From NCBI RefSeq assembly GCF_037042905.1, contig NC_087250.1:23808001-23872000 (forward strand): a stretch of DNA of 64,000 nt, written 5' to 3'. The position numbers were made by a program, and so were the translations under genes. The DNA is from Lytechinus pictus (lineage: Eukaryota). Positions within the stretch are counted from its first letter, which is position 1; every line of letters begins with the position of its first letter. The notes under the pieces are model-generated. The model was not told where the DNA came from and searched no databases. It saw only the letters and a program-made list of their open reading frames with translations. This document shows positions 35,535 through 49,200 of the stretch, piece after piece.

Positions 35535-38504
35535 TTATGTCCATGGTAAGAAGTTGCAATGTAACGCGACGCCTATGACACAATATCCTAGAAAATACCC
35601 CCTCAATAATCGACCTTTCCAATCTAAATGCTTTCTCCATGTGATCTCCAATGGACTGAACTTTTGGATTGATCCATTATGTTTGCTTGAGGGTGTACAA
35701 GTATCATCTTGTTGGAGGGATGATTGGATGATGTGTGAAGCAATCCAGATAGGAATTGGAGAACTTGAAAAGAGGAATCTTGTAATGACCTGGATAGTAT
35801 GAAAGCAGAGGGGGGGGGGAAAGAAACAAGAAAATGGATGAGTTTAGCTAGTTTTGGCAAATTAGAATTAATGACTTTTTCTTGATAAAAAAAATAAAGA
35901 ATGAGGGTACTTAAAAAAAATCCTTCTCCAAAACAACAATCTTTCCACTAAAGATGGCAGAGCATTTTTTCAGCAAACCTCTATCAGGATTTCATAAAAA
36001 GGGATAAAAAAAGATTTTGGAAAAAAAGTCATACACCCTCCACTCAATATAAAACAACCCTAAAAACCGTTATCATGAAATCGATAAAGATGAATAAAAA
36101 GAGGTGTCACCCCCCCCCCCCCCCCCCCGATCCAAACAGAAAATATATCATTTTCTTTACTGACCTGTACATGCATACAAAGTACTCCAAAGATAAGGAG
36201 AACAAAATGGTGGACCAAATATACAAATACACCCGAACTATAGAAGCCCTCTGATTGGCCAGTTGGGTCATCCGTTTTCTTAACATCTCTTCTGATTGGC
36301 TGGTATAACCCAAGCACTTTCACTAGATCCCAATTCATGTTGCAGTAATCCCACACGCCATATAGACCGAGGATGATTATGGGCAGGGCAAGAATAAAAT
36401 TTGGAAGTTGTTTGAATTCGTAGTAGTTCAGCAAACCAACGTTCCAGTGTTCTGCTTGTAGCTCTGAATAAGGCAACACAAATGACTTGCGACACCACAG
36501 CGGCGCCTGATCCAATTTGTCCATCATTTGAGAGTCCACTGTATTATTGCTACCAAATTTCAATACCCAAGTCAGACAGTGTTCCATAATTGTTTGAACA
36601 GAGATTGCAGTTTCACCTTTGCATATGCGCAGGTAGCTATAGATTTGATAAAGGGCAAAGGGAGTGAGAATAATAGCTGTGGAATAAACTATTCTTGTTA
36701 AATTTATGGCAAAGACGGTGCATAGTTTCTTCAAAGTGGAGAAGCTGGAAGGTAACCCGATTCTTGCAATGACGAAGATTGTAATCTGAACCATGTGGTA
36801 CATGACGAATCCGACAGCCACGATCCCATTAGATCGTGTACACGTTCCCAGACCAAAGACGATTGCTGATATCAGGTATCGTTTCTTCTCCAAGAAAATC
36901 ATCCCGGTGAAGCTGAGTAATGAAAATGACGCTTCCGTGTACATGGCCGTCATGAAGATAGTGGCAGGGTTGATGCAGTATAGGATCCATGCTGTATGAG
37001 CCATCAGCTGATCGTTGCATACTTTCTTGGTGAGAGCATGCAGCATGACTGCTGACATGGCGAACGATGCAGTACTCACAAGCCACCCAGAGACCATCAG
37101 GACACTCTGTACGGACATCATCGTCTGGAGAGGGACGAAGAGCGTGTCTGCAAGCAACCGCGTCAGACCGGGGTACAGCGGGAAGAACACCAGCATGCGG
37201 TCCGCCGTGTAGCCATGCTCCGCAATGTGCAGGAAGTATGCCCCGTCCCACTTTCGGAAGCCTCCGAGGAGAAACTCCACGCAGCGATCAGCAAACCTTG
37301 GATTTTGGAGTGGCGCTTGGTGGAAGGCATCAGCATGGTGATCAGGTATCAGGTTTTTCAACAGGATCTACAGTAGGAAGATGAAATTACACAGGAAAAT
37401 AAAGTTGGAGATTTAAAAAGAAAACTTACATTTCGTATCAAGAATTATTGTTTTGTGATATATATACCCAGGCAAAATTATTTGCAGCACTTAGAAGCAA
37501 TGTGTTATAAGCGCTAAATGTTAATTACTCGTTATCCGAGTCCCCTTCTATGGGAAATTGGCAGTCTCAACACGGGAGGGGGACTCGGATCACGAGGAGT
37601 AATTAGACAGTTAAATAGTGCTTTTAATGTGATTAATTTTGTTTTATTTAGTGTTTTTTATCATTGTTTCATCAACTTGGAAGAATATACAGCCACAGGA
37701 GAGAAAAGAAAAAGACTATATTATTGTCGTTTGAAAAAGTGTCTGAGTCATTTGTTATTGTGTCAATGGGAAAACGTGTGGTGGAAGGAAGTCCCCGTTC
37801 AGTTAACCCAGGGAGCGCCGGCCCGCTGCGCGGGCCGGAGCTCCCTGGGTTACCGTTCAGTGAGAAGCTTCGCACCGTTTCGCATCGCGAACAATAGATT
37901 TCTTTTGAAAATCTCCCAACCGTGGATTCCATTGAAAGTTTGCTGATATTTGAGGTGTGTCTCAAGTTTGTCCCCAGTGACTTGGATGACGATAAGGCCA
38001 ATACATATAACAAATAGGCATTATCGTGGTTTATGTCACCAGTCCATTCACTGCCGTTTATTTCGTCAGCGGTGGTGACATCTTTCCAGTCCACTCCCAT
38101 TGACTTTGTACACAACGAGCGCACACACACGAGAAGAGAGGTGACAAATTTCACGATAAGGCCAACAAATAGAAGTTTGATGTCTTTATAAATTGATAAT
38201 ACCTTGACAACTTATAAATTTAACATCACTTGAAAAAACTGATCGATTCTAAATTGGTTGCCAGACAACACACAATGACACATAAAAATGAATTATCGGG
38301 ACTGCATACAAAACTCGACTAACTCCCGGCCGGCGGCCCAGCCCTCCCTAGGTCCCTACATCGCGAAATACATCAAACTTTTTTAATAAAATAGTTTTGT
38401 GATCGAATGAACCATACCTGCAAAAGAGTCACAAAAAACCTTGATAACACGGCATAATTTGCTATTGTCATTTCACTACATTTTGTGTCCATGGTCGTCG
38501 CCAT
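35535..38504 (-). CDS. PIGV: GPI mannosyltransferase 2; exons 38504 (or 38492)-38418, 37367-36165, 35789-35535
   Basis: SRFFVTLLQ|ILLKNLIPDHHADAF, GGFRKWDGAYFLHIAEHGY, FFPLYP, NPATIFMTAMYTE, RSNG, WNVGLLNYYEFKQLPNFILALP, MHVQ|VITRFLFSSSP and the C-terminal LHCNFLPWT*. Both introns are phase-0 GT-AG. Confidence 0.95.
37804..37852. mobile_element. 49-bp hairpin mini-element with a perfect 9-bp TSD (MULE/fold-back-like) in PIGV intron 1
   Basis: CCGTTCAGT|TAACCCAGGGAGCGCCGGCCCGCTGCGCGGGCCGGAGCTCCCTGGGTTA|CCGTTCAGT. Confidence 0.8.
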
Positions 38505-38830
38505 CTTTAAAAATAATTAATTCATTCTCTTAGAATTATCTCTATTTTTTACTAATTTAGTAGATAAAAATTATTAAGTAAAAGCAAAAAAAATAATTTC
38601 TAAATTTAGAATATTTTTAAAAACAATACAATTTTAAAGATTAAAATCTTAATTAATATACACATCAGTGGTTATACCTTTTTTTATTTGTCAAATTGTT
38701 TATTGGGGGTTTGAACATTTCTGACTATATCAAAAGCTACTGCCGATTTGATACGGGTACACGGAAATAAAAGGAATTAATTTTATTATTTCAGTGACCG
38801 GGTTAAGCACAGAGATGTAATTGTGGCAAT

Positions 38831-39049
38831 NNNNNNNNNNNNNNNNNNNNNNNNNNNNNNNNNNNNNNNNNNNNNNNNNNNNNNNNNNNNNNNNNNNNNN
38901 NNNNNNNNNNNNNNNNNNNNNNNNNNNNNNNNNNNNNNNNNNNNNNNNNNNNNNNNNNNNNNNNNNNNNNNNNNNNNNNNNNNNNNNNNNNNNNNNNNNN
39001 NNNNNNNNNNNNNNNNNNNNNNNNNNNNNNNNNNNNNNNNNNNNNNNNN
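38831..39049. other. Assembly gap (N run)
   Basis: Run of N. Confidence 1.
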
Positions 39050-39821
39050 GGGTCCACTTAAAGTGGGGGGATATTAAAGGGGGAAGATCGCCCTGCTGAA
39101 GAAAAGTTGTTGTTAAAATAACATAATATTGGTGAAATTAAGTTTGAGCTAGGAATTATATCAAGAGGTTATAAAACTTCAGTAAGTTTTTGATTTGTGA
39201 CGTCATAAACGAGCAGTTGTCCCATATATTATGTAATACAAATTGCATAATATATATATATATATTTCGTGATGGTAACGTTTTAAAATAATTTTCTGAT
39301 AAATTACATTTCATTGATTAAATTTACCAAACGAAAGGTATAGGAAAGCTGCATATGACAAATCAAATAATTACAATATTCTAATAGCTTTTTTATCCTT
39401 TGATGGATTTTTCTCAAACCTATCTCCGGCCTATTTTTTCATGATTTCATTTTTCTGCTATTTTACTATATAGTAGCATTTTGTCAGGGTGAACTTCCCC
39501 TAAAAAGAGGAAGTTCACCATGATGATAAGTTTGTTCTAATATAGAAGCAGAAAATTAGAGATTTATTCGAGAACTTTTGTTAATGAAAATTCCTCGTAA
39601 GAAATGACATTTCAAAGTTTTGGATTTGTGGCGTACGTGGCATACCGTGCCCCTGCTGTAATCCCGAATTACGATCATGAAAAAAGATCGAGATTTGAAA
39701 TGGTGTCCCACAAATATATCATCTTTGGGGAGAAAAGGATTATTTTTTTAATTTATACATGGCAATTAAAGAATGTGAAAGATGCATGCTCGTCTGTTAC
39801 GTCACAAATTTTCACAATTAA

Positions 39822-40407
39822 AGGAGAATGAAACCCTTGAAACCAGCTGAATCCATATCAAAGAGAAAAATCAAAGAAACATATTGTTGAAAGTTTGAGG
39901 AAGATTGAATGAATAATAAGAAAGTTATGAGCATTTGAATATTTAGATCACTAATGCCATGTAGATCTTCCTATTGGCAATGCAACCAAGATATGTGATG
40001 TCACACACGTACAACTCCCTCGATCATTACTTACTTATTTCACTTATATTCTCACTTTTATAGAGTCTATAACATAGTGAGGTGTTCTCTTTATATGAGA
40101 GGACAAGTACAGAGGTTTCACAACATTATATCATTGATGAATCGTTTGTCATATAATTAGAATGAGCAAAAATATATGTTTTGGGGTATATTTTCAGTGT
40201 CCAAAAGGGGAGAGTTGTTCATCTGTGTCATCATAAATCTTGGTCGCATTGCCAATGGGAGGATCTCCATAGCATTAGTGATCTCGACATTCAAATGCTC
40301 ATAACTCTTCTATTGCTAGTCCTATTTTACTCAAACTTTTGTTGATCTTATTCTTTGATTTTTCTGCTTTCACAAAAGCTAACTTGCTCCAAGAGTTTCA
40401 TTCTCCT
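39822..40407. mobile_element. TTAA-flanked (Kolobok-like) MITE
   Basis: TTAA|AGGAGAATGAAAC at the left and GTTTCATTCTCCT|TTAA at the right, with long imperfect inverted arms. Confidence 0.8.
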
Positions 40408-40629
40408 TTAAACAAAATCAAGAATAAATGACATTCATATATATCTTTCTTCACCAATACTGGTATACTTTTCTATAATTTTCCACTTTGAGTGGTCGAA
40501 ATAAATAAATGAAAAGAAAATTGGGGGAGGAAGGGCCGGGTTGGGGTGTTTTTTACATTTTAGTTAGCAAATTAAATGACGAAAGTACATTGTCCCTTGC
40601 CAATGCTTATGATCTTGTATAATTAGTAC

Positions 40630-42330
40630 TGTATAATATTCAGAGACCCCAGTGTTATTGCAAACGCATTCAATTCATTTTTTACTAATGTTGGTCCAAA
40701 CCTAGCTTCGAAAATTGCTACCAATGACCATGATTTTTCACAATATTTAGATAACCATAACGAACACTCCTTATTTTTTAACCCTACAAATATTCAGGAA
40801 ATGTTAGAAATTGTTCGATCCTAAAAACCCATGCAAATCCAGTGGCCATGATGGGATAAGTGTATATCTACTTAAACAAATAATTTTTTTCCTGGCTTCT
40901 CCACTTGTACATATTTTCAATCTGTCTCTCTCTCAAGGTGTTTTTCCTGAATCGCTAAAACTTGCCAAAATTATTCCAATATATAAAAAAGATGACCCAT
41001 GTCGGATTGTAAACTACCGCCCTATTTCACTGTTACCATAAGCATTTCCAAAATACTTGAAAAAAATGTTTACAATCGTTTATACTCATTTTTGGACACT
41101 AACAAATTATTAATCCCCAATCAATATGGTTTCAAAAAAAACCATTCAACCGATTATGCAATTTTACAATTATATGATAAAATAACTGATTCACTTTCAA
41201 AAAAGGAGCACACTATTGGGGTTTTTATGGATTTATCGAAGGCGTTCGATACAATGGACCATCGCATATTAGTGAGTAAACTAAAGACATATGGAATCAG
41301 AGGGATCGTACTATCTTGGTTTAAAGATTATTTAGCTAATAGACGCCAATTATGTTAATTTTAAATCCAAATCATCTAATATATGCCCCGTAATATGTGG
41401 AGTACCACAGGGTTCAATCCTGGGACCTTTATTATTTTTGATATATATGAACGACATTGTGAACACATCACCCTTACTTACATATGTTTTATTCGCAGAT
41501 GACACCAACATATTTTATTCACACCACAACTTAAACATACTTGTTGCAACTCTCAATCAAGAATTAAAGAAATTATCAATATGGTTTAAATCAAACAAAC
41601 TTTCACTTAACATAGATAAAACAAATTTCATGTACTTCAAACACATTAATTCTAAACATATATTTCGCGATAATATTTATATCAATGATATACCCATTAA
41701 TGAAAAACAAGAAACTAAATTTTTAGGTGTAGTGATCGATGCTAACATAACTTGGAGTAGTCACATTCGTAATATAAGCATGATGGCAGGAAGAGGCATA
41801 GGCATTTTGTATAAATTAAAATATTATATCTCTCAAAGATCGTTACTTATGCTCTATAACTCATTTATCTTATCGTATATATCTTATTGTAATATTGTAT
41901 GGGGAAATAGTAACAAAATCAAAATCGATTCAATATTGCGCCTTCAAAAGAAAGCACTTCGCATTTGTCATCACTCCCATTATCTCGCTCATACTGATCC
42001 TATATTTCATTATTTTAAAACATTGAAGATCTACGATATTCACACTTATCAAACTGCTATTTTTATGTACAAATTTTCCACCAACACTATACCAACACCC
42101 TTTCGAAATATATTTGTCTATAATAGAGACATTCATTCATACCCTACTCGACATTCATCTGACTTTCATTTAACAAACCCAAAACTAATAATTGCTCACA
42201 AAACAATACGGCATCACGGCCCGGATGTTTGGAACAACCTTCCGAATGATATCAAACAAGCTGCATCTCTTATATCATTTAAAGCTTCCAAAGAGGTACC
42301 TTTTATCTAAATACTTATAAATTCTCACCT
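40630..42330 (+). mobile_element. Degenerate, 5'-truncated L2/Crack/Daphne-like LINE RT (frameshifted)
   Basis: Broken ORFs 40811-41041 (SSGHDGIS, NYRPISLLP), 40999-41358 (QYGF, DLSKAFDT), GVPQGSILGP at about 41400, and 41438-42310 (FADD, LQKKALR, GPDVWNNLP). Confidence 0.9.
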
Positions 42331-43211
42331 GCACTCGCACTCACTTGCACACACTTCATCTTGCCCCTTCCCCCCTTTCCTTTTATTATATTTTAAGCAA
42401 TATAAGTGACATCACTTTTAAATAATAAAGACCCGGTATTTTTATTATGGTTTCCATGTAGCCTCTTTTCCCCTGGCTGCTATTATTTCAAGCTTTCAGC
42501 TTACGATAGCTGGCCTCTGCATTTAAATTCATTTGTTATTGTTTACATGAATATTATGTCTATATATCTACTTAACTACTATACAATCGTCACCTTTGTA
42601 ACTTGATCAGTATGTATGTTTGATTTTATATCATTGTTATAAATTTGTAATTTTGATTTATTAATAAATGCAGAAATACTGCTTTAAAAAAAAATATTCC
42701 ATTGCAAGGCAGCAAAAAATGAAATATTCCGAAGGGGGAACATGCATAGGCCTTTATATGCCACTTCATGTTGGTTCTTCAGAGGAAAGGGAAAGAAGAA
42801 AGATTCAGAACGGGTTTAATTGACATTAGAATATTTTACTTGTGAATAATATTTTTTTTACAACAAACCTACAAGAAATACATTTCAAGAGAGAAAAAAC
42901 AAAAATTAAACCATTGATTTCATGTTTTCTCTGATTTTGTACTCTTATCAGGCAATAATTCTGGTAAATATTGTGATTTTCATGATTTTTTTCAATAAAA
43001 ACAGAATTATAAAAAATCAGCTGAAAAAATTAAGTGTAGTACGTGATTCGACATTACTTTAACGATAATTTTAAATTGGCAACGATCGCGTTGACGCCGG
43101 AAATCTATTGCTTAATTCACTCCATTATGAGGCGAGAGGATGCTGCATCTAGCGTCTTCATTGTTCGGGAAACTTGCCACTTTCATTGAAGATTTCACCC
43201 AAAGGAGACGG

Positions 43212-46200
43212 ATGATGGCTGAAATTAAGGAGCTGCCATTTCAATTTCCAGAGCTAGCTCATATTGATCATAAAAAGTCATGCCCTAGGTATAATGCGGG
43301 TGAGTAATTGCGAAGGACAAATCAGCTGCTCAGCTCAGCGCTGAGCGAAAAGCCGAGCCCGGCCCTCACTCCGGGCGTCCGGCCGGGGCGCGGCACGGGT
43401 GCAGATGCTGATGGGTGCTCGGCCAAGAAAGAGATAGCTAGCCGTTCGTCGTAGCCTGGGGCCTGTTGCATGAAAGGGTCTTTCGTAGAACCATTCTACG
43501 TAAGAACGAGATATCGCTCAACTGTTTCACAAAGCCGATTTGGGCGATACGAAGAATGGTCCTTGGAAAGACACCTCCAGACTAACCCAGACTCCAGAGA
43601 GCTCCCGCCCGCGTAGCGGGCGGGAGCCCAGAAGCTTACCGTGTATTTGACCATATTCACCGGACTAGGGTGATTTATGGTCTAAATATTTCTCCAAATG
43701 AATTGTGAAAACAGAAAGTATACAATTACCACGATTATATGGATGAAGGTCTAACGAGTGGCAGTTTCCTGACATCTGGGCACAGACTGGAACCTCAAAA
43801 AAACGAAAAGTTCTCTCCTTCTACCCCCGTTTCGATCGGCCATTTTTGTTAAAAATCGTAACAAAATGGCCGATCGAAACGGGGGTAGAGGAGAGAACTT
43901 TTCGTTTTTTTGAGGTTCCAGTCTGTGCCCAGATGTCAGGAAACTGCCACTCGTTAGACCTTCATCCTTATAATCGTGGTAATTGTATACTTTCTGTTTT
44001 CACAATTCATTTGGAGAAATATTTAGACCATAAATCACCCTAGTCCGGTGAATATGGTCAAATACACGGTAAGCTTCTGGGCTCCCGCCCGCTACGCGGG
44101 CGGGAGCTCTCTGGGTTACCTCCAGACATGTCCTACGTAGGCATGATCTTCTTTGCACACCGCCCGCCACCGTCGGCATTGAGAGAAAATGCGTTTACGG
44201 CAAGCCACACTGACATATCACCTTTAAACATTTTTTGGTGTTGCACACTGATGCATTTTATCTGTGGCGCCAAGTTATTTTTTTATATGGGGGCTAGTTG
44301 TCATCAATTTCAGGTCGTCTTTTTGCATGGCAAGACGACCCAAAACGGATGTCATTTTAACTTCTCCGGGGGTAATGTAGGCCCAAATATTTTTTTAATA
44401 TGTTTTCTTTTATTCTCCCTCCGTCCTATCCCCACACCATTTCCATTAATTTTTTTTAAATATCGAAATGGGCGGCACTATCTCTCTGACCCCTTATGCT
44501 TTCTCATAATTAAACAACATGAAAACATTTTCTTCAAAAGAAATTATGTAAGGTAAAAAACTTATTTATAACGTTCAGCAAAAAAAAAAAAAAATACAAA
44601 ACTTAAATGTTAAACATGGTAAATCAAGCATCGGCCGGTAAATATCGGGAATCGTAAAATACTTGCATCGGCCGATAATTGTACAATTCATGAAATCGGA
44701 TACCCAAATTCTTTACAAAAGTCTCTGATATTGGAGATAATCTACCTCATGGGAGACAGTCTCCAATATTGGTCATGCGCTTCTACTGGCAAGCATTCAA
44801 TTCTTATTTCTCCAATCACAGAAAAAAATGTAATGAAATTCTGGTACTGATAGTGTACATGTATGATTGCCATAAATTCCAGACAAGTAAACTTTGCTTT
44901 TTCAAAAACAAGATATTTCAACTAGGCCTAATCAATTGCCTGTTGATTTGCATGTCAAAATATACAAAATGAGGTTACCCAGATTCACTGTTGAATGAGT
45001 TACAGCTATAAAGTAGCACTTAAGACATATCTCTTCCGTAAATAGTATGATTTTTTTACAGTTAATATGTCCGTAGTTAAGTTGGTATTTTAGATATGTA
45101 TAGGTAGTTACGTTGGGATGTTAAGGTAGTTAAGTTGATAAGTTAAGTAGTTAGGTTTTGTGATGTAAAGCGCTTAGAGAAATTTTGATAGGCGCTATAT
45201 AAATATTGAATTATTATTATTATAAAGTCTTGCTGTGTTTTATCAGTCCTGTAAAAGCACTTCCATTTTCATATGTACTGATTTGCGGGGGCAGCAAAAT
45301 GGTTTTGAAGGTGGTGGGAGGCTGACCATGCAAAGAAAATAGTTATGCTCTTGGATGTGACTTCCCTTTGCGACAGCTGTCGCAAAGGGAACTATTCCCT
45401 ACGTGAATTGCAAAAAAAAGTTGGAGCTAGAAATCATGTGAGTATTGTTCAGAGACAATCCTTCAGTTCCAGCAAGATTTATTATTATTTTTGAATTTTT
45501 GTTTATACAGTGGTTGACAAAGAGGAAGAGAATGGAGCCATTAGTTTAGAGGAGCTTGACTGTCTCCAGCTGGAGCTAGAAACCATGTTAGCAGCGGTAA
45601 CGAGAAGGATCCGCCAGATTCAACAGGAGGTCCAAAGCATGGCGGATCTTCAAGAAGTCAAGAAAGAAAAGAAAGGCAACAAACCGGTAAGATATATTCA
45701 AATACTCTTTGGGGGGAAGTATGTGGCAGTTAGACTAAGCAAAACATTAGACGAACTGGTTGTAGGCCAGCTGGGATGAGACCAAAAGTGGTTGTAGACT
45801 TAACAAACTTATTTTCAGCATGGAAAACTCTTCTTTCTGTACAAATTGGCTTTGTTTATCAATTAAAAGTAGCATCCCTGCAATTTACCCTTTTATTTGA
45901 GGTGAATAACCTTTTCTCACAGGATAAGAAAGAGGACAGTACAACTGGGAGTGGGACACCTTCAGGCAAACGAGGAAGAACTGAGGAGAAGTCGGAGAAG
46001 CCACCCAAAAAGATGAAAGAGTCGAGCGGAAAGGGAGGAAGTACCGCCACCCCAGGGGGCGGTTCTAATAGACCAAAGGCAAAGAGTATGCATGTGAGTA
46101 TAATAATTATGATGATGATGATGATAAATATCATATTTTGATGATACTGATCATGATATTAATATTTATAGAGCAGATACAGTTAGGCAAGGGAGAAAAA

Positions 46201-49200
46201 TGATGATGTCTATTGGGTGTCTTGGCCCCGTATCACAAAGGCTAGCGATTAATCTCTAATTTGAAAAGGCATTTCTGATTGGTTCCACGCCAGTCTACTG
46301 AGCAAAATGCGCATGCAACGATGATCTTGATAGGCCATTTTATTTAGCGATTAATTGCGAATCTTTGAGTAATGGGGCCCAGGTCAAATACAGAGCTGAG
46401 TAGGGAGGGAGAGAGGGTCAACATAGTTCAGGTGAGAAGTTTTTAAAGCCCCCAAATTTATGTTTTTCTAATAAAATTTTGAAACTGAATCTGTGAGCAT
46501 GTAGCTGGACCAGGGGGGGTGGCAAGCATAGGTAAGGATTGGGCATATGATTTCAGAGCTCAAAATCTAGTGAATGCTTCACCAAAGACGCCAAATCTAC
46601 TGACTGACTGTATGCTTGCTTATGTATGGTATACATCTTGCTTAGTAACTGAGTAAATGGGTAATATTCACATAGGTGAAAGATTAATTCCTTGAAAGCA
46701 TGAGCACTGAAAGGCAGCTCGAGCTAACCCCGAGGTAATAATAATAATAACAATGTGCCTCAGAATAGATTATTTCTAGATAGATGGCGCTAAGCAAATC
46801 CCTATTATTATTGTTATGTTAAAGTTAACAACTTAACAGGAAAGAAGAAAATTCAGGCTTTGAAATACTATACAGTAGAAATCTTGTATTTTCTTCACCT
46901 ATTAATGTGCCACCTTTCAACCATTTCCCCCTTGGACTTGCACCAACTACAGGAGTATGAGTTTACCGATGATCCGCTTGCCGACGCCGCACCCCCTCGC
47001 ATGCCTCGCAACGACACCATCGATCGGTTCTGGGCGTCCGTGGAGCCATACTGCGCCGACATCACCAATGAAGATCTGAAGGTACTGGATGAACTGATCA
47101 AAAGCGGGGAGGAGGAGTCAGAATACTTCAAGGTCCCATCGCTAGGGAAGCACTACTCTGTGCGATGGGCGCATGAAGATTTACTGGAAGAGCAGCGAGA
47201 AGGTAGTCAATATTTTGCTTTTTAAAGAGAGAAGGAGACCCGGGCCCCGTCTTACAAAGGGTTACCATCGATCCAATCAATCGTAATTCTATGGAAATCC
47301 ATCAGTGTCATAATTTTTTCTACAGGAAATGTGCAAAATGTCCTTTGTAAACAAAGGAGAACATACCAAACTGACAAGAAATCAATGAATTTATGGATAT
47401 ACATTCATATCTAGAAAATTTTTTGAGCAAACATGCCTTTTATATGTTGGCTTTGCTGGCTTTCCATAGTTGCGATTGATCAGGTCATACGCAACTCTTT
47501 GTAAGATGGGCCCCCGTTTTCATCTACTGTTTTGAACCGGTTTCCCTTCAAACCAGTTCAGGGCACCAGTTAAGGAGATTGCTTCCCTGACTTAGGGACA
47601 GGATTGAAAATCAAAAGAGAAATTATAATGAAACTGCAGCCAGAATCAACCCACAATGAATCTGGCACATGATGCAGTTTCTAAGATACATGTATATATA
47701 TGTACACATACAGTCCTTGCAGCGGGAATTAAACTGCAAAAAGCTATTGACAGGTAGCCTTATTGAATGTCTGAATTATTTTTGATTTTTGGTTTAGTAG
47801 TTCTAAGACTATTGATCTTCTATTTTTGTTGTTGATATGTACATGTACTTTTAACTAGTCAGTCATGCAATGATATTAAAATTATTGATCATTTTGAGTG
47901 TAGCAGGTAACATGAATTATATTCTTAAGGGGTTCTGCAAGAAAATATTTGCATTCAATCAATAATACTTGTTGATGCAAGAAGAAGATCAGTTTTAAAT
48001 TTGAAAAATAATGAATTTACAGGGTTCCCAGCCCATCAGGGAAATCAGGGAAAATTATTTTACTTTTTTCCTGTCAGTGAAAAATCAGGGAATTTGATTT
48101 TAAAAAATACCTCCAATCAGGGAAAAATGAGAAAAAATCAGGGAATTATGATCGGCCCAAAAGTCAAAAGCACGGTAGTCAAGTCAGACTCTGTTTTATT
48201 TTGTTACATATCAAAACAACATCCATTGAATGACTGGTTATGGTAATTTTTAGTATTTACTAATTAGTTTTACATTATTCTTTTTATACTGAAAATACAT
48301 GCAATTCACTGCAACAACTTAGAAAATATGCGAAAATGGGAATGGGTTTGAATAATTATCAGGGAATTTTTTAACTTCATCAGGGAAAAATCAGGGAATT
48401 TTGTTTTCTTGAAAAGCTGGGAACCCTGATTTATCATGTGGCCTAAAATTGACTTGCGATCAATTGCAAGTTTCTTTCAACACCCTATTGACTATTGATC
48501 AATATTTTTATTGTTGTTAGGAATAGTAACTTACTTAATCTTGCAATATCAAAAGTATTGATCAATGTAGGAGTGAGAATTATAGACACAAATAAACGAA
48601 CATCACCATTTGTAGACTGGTGATCAATTCTTTTGTTTTGTCTTGTAATTGTCCTATGTAGGTGGTAGAATCACAGACAAGAAGAAAGGACCATCACAAA
48701 AATAGACTGGTGATCAATTCTTTTGTTTTGTCTTGTAATTGTCCTATGTAGGTGGTAGAATCACAGACAAGAAGAAAGGACCATCACAAAAATAGACTGG
48801 TGATCAATTCTTTTGTTTTGTCTTGTAATTGTCCTATGTAGGTGGTAGAATCACAGACAAGAAGAAAGGACCATCACCATTCATAGACTGGTGATCAAAT
48901 CTTTTGTTTGTTTCGTTATTGTCTGATATTGGTGGTAGAATCACAGACAAGAATAAACGAGTAATGGTGGTAGCGTTAATTATATCCTAAGACTGGTGTC
49001 CAATTATTTTGTTTTGTTTGTTGCTTGTCCTATATAGGTGGTAGAATCACAGACAAAAAGAAAGGACCTTCACCAAACTCCAAAGAAGCAAAGTCCATGC
49101 TGAAGAAAGCTGACAGGTTTGTAGAATTATTCGGTCCTGGTTTCACAAAGCTAAGCTGTCGATTGTGTGGATGATTTTATGCTTGATTGCACATAATGAC

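Noticed and set aside
37518-38154. ORFs of 142 and 160 aa in PIGV intron 1
   Set aside because: They have no recognisable motifs and cross a hairpin insertion, so they are likely chance ORFs.
38803-39099. Poly-X ORFs here and at 61274-61726
   Set aside because: Artefacts of N gaps.
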